Below, one piece after another: positions 54,082-64,000 of a stretch of 64,000 nt of DNA; position 1 is the first letter of the stretch; the number at the start of each line of letters is the position of its first letter. The stretch comes from Octopus sinensis. Taxonomy: Eukaryota. Under the pieces are notes generated by a model. That model ran no database searches, was not told the DNA's origin, and saw nothing but the letters and a program-made list of their open reading frames with translations. A program made the position numbers and the translations under genes. Location of the stretch: the NCBI RefSeq assembly GCF_006345805.1, contig NC_043018.1, positions 9,672,001 to 9,736,000 of the forward strand, written 5' to 3'.

Positions 54082-54628
54082 AGCAGTACCAGGCAGTGGC
54101 TCTCATGGCTTCTGATCTTAACTGATTGGAAGTGTTATCACGTACATTGTTTTATCTTGGTATAAAAGATGGGCTACAGCAAATATTCTGCTCAATACCA
54201 CAGATTTGCTTGTCAGTTGTTTGACCTTAACCAGTTGAGCATGTCCCTTAGTGGCTGACGATATGTTCATCTCTGATCACGAGCAGAAGTAGTGGGGGAG
54301 CATCATAGCTATGTGTTGAGAGGGATTCTTTGGGGTTTGAATAATTCACCTCTGGAAACATGGGTGTTTCGTTCAACATCCTTAAACAACCCTTATCCAG
54401 GGACCTTTCGAGTGGGATGGGTTACTCGACCTGAAGAAAATTCTAACTTGGCCCCACCTGCAAGGTCATGTGCTGTTTATCTTGATATGAGATCACCATG
54501 TCGCGCACACATGGTTGTGATGCATGTGCCAGGTGTACCCTTATCAGACGGGTAGTCATGATGGCTATACTGGGCTTCGTATATTTTACCCCAGTGTCAC
54601 TTTGCTGGCATGCACTACTCTCTCACTC
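54082..54628 (+). mobile_element. Roughly 550-bp retroelement 3' segment inserted in (AAT)n
   Basis: (AAT)n on both sides, no ORF, homologous to 27666-27863. Confidence 0.8.
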
Positions 54629-56804
54629 AATAATAATAATAATAATAATAATAATAATCCTTTCTAGTATAGGCACAAGGCCTGAAATTTTGGGGAAGAG
54701 AATAGTCAATTACATCGACCCCAGTGCTCTACTGGTACTTATTTTATCGATCCCGAAAGGACGAAAGGTAAAGTCGACCTCGGCGGAATTTGAACTCGGA
54801 ACGTAGCGGCAGACGAAATACCGCTAAGCATTTCGCCTGGCGTGCTAACGATTCTGCCAGCTCGCCGACGCTTTAAATAACAAACAAACAAACAGACAGA
54901 CAAATAAATAAATAACCCAGTAGGAGTCCATTGACAATGATAGAAACAAAATTATGTCATCCATTATTCATGACAGATAAAGGTCAGGCGTCATTCTGAA
55001 TCAGAAAATTACACGCACAACAGGTTTACGTCATCATATCCAGTTGTGAACACATCCTTTGAGCCTTGGTCAAGGGTGGGACCGAGTTAGCTATGTGGTA
55101 GAATAATTAATTAATCTTTATGTTGATTAAATATTGGTTTCAAATTTTAGCACAAAGCCAGTAATTTAGGGGGAGGGGCACGACGGTTACACCAACTCCA
55201 GTACTCACTGGTACTTAATTTATCGACCCTGAAAGGATGAAATGCAAAGTCGACCACGAATCATAAAGACGGACAAAATGCCGCTAAGATTTGCCCGGCC
55301 TGCTAACGATTCTTTCAGCTCGCCGCCTTACGTTAATTAAATATTGGAAAGCAAGGAGTTGGTAGAATCATTAGAGCGTCGGGAAAACGCTTAGTGGCAT
55401 TTGCTCTGGCCCTTTACGTTTTGAGCTCAAACTCTGCTGAGGTCAACTTTGCCTTTCATCCTTCCGAAGGCCGATAAAATACAGTACCCGTCAAATATTG
55501 GGGTTGATGATATTAACTGACCCTTTCCTTTCAAAATCATTGTCGAGGCCTTGTGCACAAATCAGAAACATCAAAATATCGATCTAGTTCTGATCTCATC
55601 AGTACGATGTAGCTAATTGTATTTGAAGATGACGACTATTTTAACTTAAATACCCTTTTTGCTATAGGCATAAGGCCTGAAATTTGTGGGGAAGAAGCTA
55701 GTCGATTATATCGACCCCGGTGCTGATCTGGTACTTATTTTATCAACACCGAATGGATAAAAGGCAAAGTCGACGTCGGCGGAATTTGAACTCAGAGCGT
55801 GGAGACAGACGAAATACTGCTTAGTTTCTTGTCCTGCGTGCTAGCGATTCTGCCAGTTTACTGCCTTTATTTAACGTAGTTGTATCAATATTGAAATATT
55901 TAATCTCTAAAATAGATCTTCTAAACTATTTCTGAGTATTTCTAAGTGTAGTTTTTAGTTTAACGAAACAGTAGACTTGCTGTGTCATACACGAGGAATT
56001 TTGTTAAATAATTGATCTTTCGTTTAAGCTTTTGTAATAAAAAAAAAAATCCAACCTCCTCTTCCGATGTTATTAAGCCCCAGGTCATCTCCGATGGAAA
56101 AGAGGTCTAGGATCAAAGATACTTAAGCCTTTTCCTCGGACTTAAATGTTCCTGGGACAACATTTTTACTTCTCCAGAGTCGTATATAGTGTTTCCATTT
56201 CGTGCTTTTTTTTTCTCAAGATATTAGAGCGAGATATGAGGGGAAATTTACTGTTGCTTCCAGCAAATTGAGTTCCCCTGTAGAATCTTCATTGCTTTCA
56301 TGAAAAGTTGTGATTTATTTATTCTAGTTGTGGATGCCCTCTTTCAGTAATTTTATTTTTTGTCAATCTGTATACCGTGCTTAAAGCAGACATAACCGTT
56401 GAAAGCCTTTTAAACTACGGTATTCGTCTTGAGAAAGCATCTGTTATAGACGTTCTGTATTAAAAAGCACAGAAATAAATCAAGAGCGGCCGTGGTCTGG
56501 CTGTGGTGTGTCATTAGAATTATCGTTGTGCGTTTCCTCAAGGGGCTCTTTTGTTAAGAGCAGAAGATAAACGGTATTTCAAGAGCGTTAGGATCGTTCA
56601 ACAGATACAATCAAGGATTTTGATGATAATGATAATAATTGTCACTCCCGTTGATTTCGACGTATGAGTGAAGGAAGAAAAAAATTTTTAATGGGGTGGG
56701 TGAGTTAAAAACAAAAGAATTTGCAATTTCAGCCAATTTTATATCAACTTATATGTAAAACTTTGCTCTTTCTCTCAATCATTAATTTCTCTCCTTTCAA
56801 CTTT

Positions 56805-56838
56805 TCCCCCGAAGAAGGACTGTGTCTGAAACGTTGGG
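56805..56838 (+). ncRNA. Degenerate hammerhead-like motif of a second Penelope-type family
   Basis: ccc-CCGAAGA-A-GGAC(ugu)GUCU-GAAAC-GUU-ggg. Confidence 0.45.
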
Positions 56839-57154
56839 TTTTTCACTCCTCACAGCAGGTTCATTGTACACTTTCTGTTGATTTTACCTACGTAAGATAA
56901 GGCTTACTGACGCAGAACAACACCTGGCTCATTGGAGCCTGATCATATATATATAAAACTTAGATGTTTCTGCTTAAGGTTGGCTCAGGTGATGTCTAAC
57001 TTAATAGCATTACTTGATGGAATCTGTTAAATCATTTTAAAGACAAGTTTTGTGATATCAAGACCCGTTAATGCAGGGAGTTGTTGAGTGAGATGTATCC
57101 CGGTATTGGTGGTTTATCTGGTATCCCTTGAAATTTATCCAAGTACATATATAC

Positions 57155-57200
<46 letters not shown>

Positions 57201-57284
57201 CAAATTTACAGCAAACAAAAGGTGAAGACAGGTGAGAGAAAAACAAGCAGGTGTATTAGTTTAACGCTCGGGAAGAATGGAAAT

Positions 57285-57324
57285 GTCTTTGACGTTTCGA
57301 GCCTACGCTTTTCGACAGAAAGAA
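57285..57324 (-). ncRNA. Minimal type I hammerhead-like ribozyme, A6U core variant, GUC cleavage triplet
   Basis: Minus strand: ucuuu-CUGUCGA-A-AAGC(guag)GCUC-GAAAC-GUC-aaaga; 5-bp stem I. Confidence 0.6.
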
Positions 57325-57592
57325 TTTGAGAGAGAAAAAAATGTGTAGGAATTAACAGTTCAACACCATGGTATATGTATATTGAGCTGAAGAATGGATG
57401 TAACCATGACATACTATGATCTGAAGATCTAGCCTTCTATACCTGTATCAGCTTGAAAATTGTGCAATAGTACTATATAATTTATAACATATTTACTAAT
57501 GCAGGTAAAATAATTTATTATATAATAAAATTATTTTTCCATGATGTTGGCTGCGAAACGATCGTAATTTTATGGATATCAACCGGTAAATA

Positions 57593-57858
57593 CACAAAAG
57601 CCGTTCGATTCACTTCAACATTTAAGTTTAATTTGTCAAAATATTTTCGTCGCTTTAAGACGGCGACCTGTTCACTGACAAAAATCCGGTCTTAAAGCGA
57701 CGAAAATATTTTGACAAATTAAACTTAAATGTTGAAGTGAATCGAACGGCTTTTGGTGTGTTTCTTAAATGGCTTACAAACACCTTCCACGCTGCAATTG
57801 TTTCCGTTTCAGCACACGATCTCAGATCAAATCACTTGCTATGCAAGTACATCTCTGT
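57593..57858. mobile_element. Insertion with 66-bp perfect inverted duplication and 12-bp TSD (AACCGGTAAATA)
   Basis: Arms 57596-57661 and 57689-57754; TSD at 57581-57592 and 57859-57870. Confidence 0.8.
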
Positions 57859-58267
57859 AACCGGTAAATATACCGCCTGATTTTATCTTTCTTTTTCTCT
57901 CACACACAAACACACGCACATAGCTTGCTGTTTTGATAGACCATGTAAATTGGTTAGCTGATACATAAAGCTAACGATGTCTGGTTAACTCAATCATATG
58001 ACGGGCCACTTGATCTAGAAAGGCTACAACAGTGATGTTTGTATACTTAGTAAGTAGCGAGGAGTGGACGACAGCAGACATCAGAGGCCAAGTTATTTAA
58101 GTTAGTTATAATAAACAAGTATTTTTGGTCGACGGTGTCAAATACGTTTGTAGCATAACTTGCTAATTGTCCAAAATATGTCAATATAACCTGTTAGTTG
58201 AGCATAATATACGGAAACGATGAGGAAACAGATGTTAAACTTTTGGTTTATTTCGGCAAGCAAAGCA

Positions 58268-58320
58268 GCATGACGTACTTCCGGGGTTTGATGTCGGGCC
58301 GGAGTAAACTGATGGCGGTG
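58268..58320 (+). promoter_or_regulatory. CpG-rich cluster of CRE-like (TGACGTA), ETS (CTTCCGG) and YY1-like (GATGGCGG) motifs
   Basis: catgacgtacttccgggg ... ctgatggcggtg within about 50 bp in an AT-rich background. Confidence 0.35.
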
Positions 58321-58428
58321 TTGGAGGTGGAGCAGGGGGGGACGAGGCAGAGATTTTTGTTGTTTAATATGAAAGTTTCTATTTCTTTTACTCTTCCTCT
58401 GTTGTTTGCTTCTCTCTTTGATTCATCA
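58279..58428 (-). CDS. Candidate exon (phase 2-2: DESKREANNRGRVKEIETFILNNKNLCLVPPCSTSNTAISLLRPDIKPR)
   Basis: ttttctttttaaaatatcag| acceptor, AA|gtacgt donor, 150 nt open; family not recognised. Overlaps promoter-like motifs. Confidence 0.35.
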
Positions 58429-59811
58429 CTGATATTTTAAAAAAGAAAATATCGAATCGCAAAAAATATAAATACCCACGTTTCACATAGGCTCCAGGAG
58501 TGGCTGTGTGGTAAGTAGCTTGCTTACCAACCACATGGTTCCGGGTTCATTCCCACTGCATGGTACCTTGGGCAAGTGTCTGCTACTATAGCCTCGGGCC
58601 GACCAAAGCCTTGTGGGTGGATTTGGTAGACGGAAACTGAAAGAAGCCTGTCGTATATATGTATATATATGTATATGTGTGTATGTGTTTGTCCCTCCAG
58701 CATCGCTTGACAACAGATGCTGGTGTGTTTACGTCCCCGTAACATAGTGGTTCGACAAAAGAGACCGATTGAATAGGTACTAGGCTTACAAAGAATAAGT
58801 TCTGGGGTCGATTTGCTCGACTAAAGGCGGTGCTCCAGCATGGCCGCAGTCAAATAAATATACTCACACTCACGCACACACATACATATACACATAAACA
58901 CACACGAACGCACACACACATACCGTACCATGGACACGTATGCACACACACACACCGTACCATGGACACGTATGCACACACACACACCGCACCATGCACA
59001 CACTCACGTATGTAAGTACACATAATTATGTGTTGTGTGTGTGTGTGTATACATATATATATATACACATAAACTCACTCACAAACACATACATATCAAC
59101 ACTAACGCGCACACATAAACACACTAACACAGACGTGAATATACATAAACACACACACACACACACACACACACCTTGCACTCTTCCATTAAACCAAGCC
59201 TTGGTTCTCAATAAGTATTTCTAGTTTTCATTTTCGAATACAACTTGTTCTTTTACTGTTTGCAAAAGTCGCTCAGACATCAGTCCACACACACACACAC
59301 ACACCTCCGCCAAAGCACTCCCCCTACATCAAACAATTATCTATAATTAACAAAATATTCAAATATTTGTTAATGAAAACTAGTCTACTTTCTCTCTCCC
59401 TCTCACTCTCTCCTTATATATCGCATTGCATATTTGAACAGTAAGCTCGTTGGCTCGCCTTAGCTTCTTTCTCTCTCTCTCCCTTTTTTTTTCTGATTAT
59501 TTTTCTTCTCCTCTTAATATTGGTGGCTACTTCAGTATATCTTAAAAGTGCTTGCTTCCTCTCAATTTCCTCAACAGTCAGCTGGTTTTACAAAATGACT
59601 CAGCTATCAAACTTGAGTAATCATGACGATGTTAGCAATGATGATGATGATGATGATGATGGTGGTGGTAGTGGTGATGGTGATGATGATGATGTTTTCT
59701 GTACAAATTTCACTTTATGCTTGTTCAGTAAAAGTCTTAAATAAAACTAGTGTCATGTTTCTGTTTACACCCACCCCCGCTCTCTTTCCGTCTCGTGCGC
59801 GCGTGCGCGTG

Positions 59812-59884
<73 letters not shown>

Positions 59885-60195
59885 TATGTACATGTGTGTG
59901 TGTATGTATATATATATATGTATATGTGTGTGTGTATAGATGATGATGTATGCATGTATCTGGGTACGTCTAATGTATATATATTTATACAGTATAATAT
60001 ATATATATATATATATATGTATGTGTATGTATATATATATATGTGTGTATATATATGTGTATGTATATATATATGTGTGTGTGTTTATATATGTATTTAT
60101 ATGTATATAGGGGAGAAATCACCAAAAAAAAAGACGAAGACAGGTGGTGTAGACAACAGATATGTATGTTTATATATGTAGTTATATACATATAT

Positions 60196-60233
<38 letters not shown>

Positions 60234-60340
60234 ATATATGTGTATCTGTATGCGTATATATCTAAGTACGCACATTGTTTCACTTTCTCTTTCTCCAATT
60301 CTCTTCTTCTTTCAATATTTGCCAAAACACTAAACCTCAC

Positions 60341-60408
60341 CACAACAATAACTCCTTTCTCTTCGAAAATATCTTTCGGCCAAGTTTCGTAATAGCTGTC
60401 ACTTCCTC
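60341..60408 (-). CDS. Candidate 68-nt exon (GSDSYYETWPKDIFEEKGVIVV or EEVTAITKLGRKIFSKRKELLL)
   Basis: Strong acceptor tttttcctttcccag| and GTG|gtgagg donor; two frames open. Confidence 0.35.
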
Positions 60409-62912
60409 CTGGGAAAGGAAAATGGCAAAGTATCGTGGGTGGGGACAGAGTTTACTTCCTCTCTCCTTTTTTCTTCACTTTTTTATGTAATTATTTTAAA
60501 TTTAATTTATATATATATATATACGTGGTAAGTAGCTTGCTTACCAACCACATGGTTCCGAGTTCAGTCCCACTGCGTGGCACCTTGACCAAATGTCTTC
60601 CACTATAGCCATGGGAGTGGATTTGGTAGACGGAAATTGAAAGAAGCCCGTCGTGTGTGTGTTTGTGTTTGTCCCCGTAACTTAGGGGCTTGGCAAAAGA
60701 GACTGATACTATAAGTACCAGGCTTACAAAGAATAAGCCCTAAGGTCAATTTGTTCGATTAAAAGGTAGTGCTCCAGTATGGCCGCAGCCAAATGACTCA
60801 AACAAATAAAAATAGGTTTTATTTCTCTGTTTCATACAACAGAGATTACGATTCTGAAAGATTTTTTTTAAACCAAAATTAAAAAATTTTTAAGGCACAT
60901 TTTTAACTCCACTTCTTTCAATTTTTGTGAACATCGTAAAAAAAGTCAAAGTAAATTTTGCCAGAAAAGACGATAGTAAAATCTCATAATTTCATGAATT
61001 CATGCATCGAAAATATCATTTGGACAAACGGCATAAAGGGAATTTGCTGTCTGGTGCAGCAGAAAACAATATAAAAAAAGAAAAAACTGCCTGATTTAGA
61101 TCCTTGATTATACGTACGACCCATTTTGGCCCCATTATTACACAATGGATATTATCAGGGATGCGTTTTATGGGTGGGATTGTTATGTTAGTTTAGCTAA
61201 CATATTATATACCATTTTGAAGTTGTGAACCATCTTAAAATTTTGCTGACTTGACGATGAGAGCATCCATCCATAAGCAACGAAGGGCTTGGGAAAGAGG
61301 TGACGATGCGGAACGAGTGATGTTTTATTGCAATATTGTATTAACATTGTATTTGTGTGATTATCACCGTGACCGACCAGACTATCAGATGTTGCTACAC
61401 ATCGCTGGTCACAATGCGCTTCGCATTGTTTTAGCCTTCAAATGACGCCACCCTGCTGGCTAAGCGAGCAGGCCAACAGAAGGAAGAGTGAGAGAAAGTT
61501 GTGGTGAAAGAGTACAGCAGGGATCTCCACCCCCCCCCCCCCTGCCGGAGCCTCGTGGAGCTTTAGGTGTTTTCGCTCAATGAACACACACAATGCCCGG
61601 TCTGGGAATCGAAACTGCGATCCTACGACCGTGAGTCCGCTACCCTAACCACTGGGCCATTGCGCCTCCTTTTGTGTGATTATATGTGGGAAAATGGGTA
61701 TATTTGATGCTCGTAAAATCATACTGATCCAAAAAGTTTATTTCAATAAAACATTTCATAATTGTCAGTGGTTCACACTACAAACAGTGAGTAAAAAGGG
61801 AGGGAAAGTGTTAGACTTATTTTCCACCCTGGATACCATGTTAGAGTTCTCCAACAATCCAAGGCGGATTACTCATGAGCACCATTTCGTCTGATAGCAG
61901 CAAACATTCTGTTGCCTAGTGTTATCTGCTGATCTCTGATTCTTTTGTTGGGATTCACAGTAAAACGAAGAGCAGCAGGATGTCCACCAGACATGCTGCT
62001 AATCCAGTTGAAATGAAATCGAAACTATAACAAATTCGGTTTTACAAACGTCAGATAGGAAATTACTGTACAATGGATCCAGACACCGTGAAAGCAGCTA
62101 TATGTACATTCAATACATATTCTTCATGTTATATAAATATAATGAAATCATGAGATTTCGCTATCGTCACTTCCAAATAGGCGCAGAAGTGGCTGTGGTA
62201 AGTAGCTTTCTTTACCAATCACACGGTTCCGGGTTCAGTCCCTCTGCGTGGCACCTTGGGCAAGTGTCTGCTACTATAGCTTCGGGCTGACCAAAGCCTT
62301 GTGAGTGGATTTGGTAAACGGAAACTGAAAGAAGCCCGTTATATATGTGTGTGCGTGTTTATGCTTGAAATTGATGTTGGTGTGTTTACGTCATCATAAC
62401 TTAGCACTTCGGCAAAAGAGACTGATAGAATAAGTACTAGGCTTACAAAGAATAAGTACTGCAGTCGATTTGTTTGACTGAAGGCAATGCTCCAGTATGG
62501 CCACAGTCAAATGACTAAAACAAATAATAGAATAACAATTTACTTTCACTTTTTTTTTAATGACACTAAAGATTACGTTAACCCGTACAATATTTGGTGC
62601 CACTTGATCATGCTGTCTATCTGCCCATTTATGCTTTTAGTGTGCACTTTACACTTTCGCATGTGGTCTAACCTTAACCCTAACCCTCAACCAGTTCAGA
62701 TCATTCCACAGCACTGACTACACATACTGCAGTTGACCCCTTGGTAAAGCTGTTCCCGGTATTCTTTCTACATTGCACTTGTTCTCTATGAGAGTGAGTT
62801 CGGCCAAATGAAATCTGGTTCTACAAAATTCCTCGGAAAAAAAATAATAAAAAGAAGCCTTTGACGGTTCAGAACCTCTAACGATAATTAAAGTCGGAGG
62901 AAGAAAATAATT

Positions 62913-62935
62913 ACTTCCTGTTGGAAGTGACGTAA
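62913..62935. promoter_or_regulatory. Inverted ETS pair with overlapping ETS-CRE composite (ACTTCCTGTTGGAAGTGACGTAA)
   Basis: Motif read directly; a GC-rich stretch follows at 62950-63030. Confidence 0.35.
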
Positions 62936-63795
62936 CTGAAAAACTATGTCGGGAAGGTCAGGGCCGCCGACCTTTTGAAGGCCCGCACCCAGATGGGTGG
63001 GATAGATAAAGCTGATACCCAGCCCCCTGAATAATCTCTCTGTAAAGGTCAGTTTCAAGAGGGAGGGGGAACCAAGGTGTGGGTTGAGGGGAACTTTACT
63101 AAAGGTACTTTGAGTATCAGGTGTAGTGGTGATGGATGCATGTTGTTTAGCTCAGGTTTAGTTGGCGTATGATTAAAGGCTTTCTTTCCATGACCATCCT
63201 GTGTTTTTTTCATATATATATATAGAGAGAGAGATAGATATAAGAGTGCATTGGCTTATATATACTTTTGATAAAGTTTGAAGTATAAGATTTTCGGGAG
63301 GTTTGGCTGTTATTTCTAGTAAGTGGGAAAATACCCTCTGATATATATATATATATATATGAAAATGATGTGCTACATCAGGTTGGTATGAGGTAGCCCA
63401 CTACTGAATGTAGCGTGTAGATGTAATGCTTCAAGGTTCTCATGTCGGAGTAACCAGTGAAGAACATCAAAGAATCAAGACCAAGAAGGAAGAAATATTG
63501 TTTACATATATTTATCCTTTTGCCTGACAGGTGGTTAAAGAGACAGTAGAAATTCTAGTGATAGTGATGACAAGGATGGCTCACTGGTTAGTAGTTGATA
63601 GTGTAGAAAAAGGTTGTCTGTCTGTAGAGAGTGAAAGAGTAGGGAATGCACGGTGCTGACTAGAAAGGAAGAAAGGATAAAGGTGGCATTGTCTTTCTTG
63701 CTTCACTTTGTATATTGAGCTAAGGGCGAAGGGAAAGTGCTGCAAAAGACAGGGTTGCTCCTTGGCCTGGCTGACACAAAATAGAGGAAGACAGG

Positions 63796-63975
63796 AAATG
63801 CTCTCTGTTATATAAACTATGGTCAGTAATGTAGGTCAAACCCTAAATAAAGCACTGACCTTTTCTTGACCAACACACTTGACCGCCAAGGACCTGTGTT
63901 GGTCAAGGAAAGGTCAGTACTTTGTTTAGGGTTTGACCTACATTACTGACCATAGTTTATATAACAGAGCATTTT
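63796..63975. repeat. Fold-back element, arms about 75 bp with 17-nt spacer
   Basis: ctctgttatataaactatggtcag...gaccaacaca / tgtgttggtc...ctgaccatagtttatataacagag, a few mismatches. Confidence 0.9.
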
Positions 63976-64000
63976 TCTTTAAAAAAATAATAAGTAGGTA

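Noticed and set aside
63531-63660. Plus-strand acceptor ctgacag| with a short open frame
   Set aside because: No consistent frame and donor combination, and no recognisable protein.

Overview
Repeat-dense, AT-rich eukaryotic genomic DNA. The SINE families, (TA)n/(CA)n/(TAA)n load and large introns suggest an octopus or other coleoid cephalopod (inference). Almost all ORFs in the supplied track are microsatellite or repeat artefacts. The main real gene, missed by the ORF track, is a plus-strand plakin-family gene: nine GT-AG exons between 4228 and 39791 splice in phase into a 344-aa C-terminal fragment (spectrin repeats, inserted SH3, further spectrin repeat). It appears to end early, at a stop codon donated by an antisense SINE. 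The rest of the window holds decayed Tc1/mariner/maT transposons, several MITE families, four SINE/RTE-tail families and 3' ends of RLE (R4/Dong-like) LINEs sitting in (TAA)n. It also holds Penelope-type repeats with minimal hammerhead ribozyme folds (one family has a non-canonical A6U core), several long fold-back hairpins and a 520-bp tandem duplication. Weak evidence points to a second, unidentified minus-strand gene and to promoter motifs between 52 and 63 kb. All calls were made by eye, without alignments or database searches.
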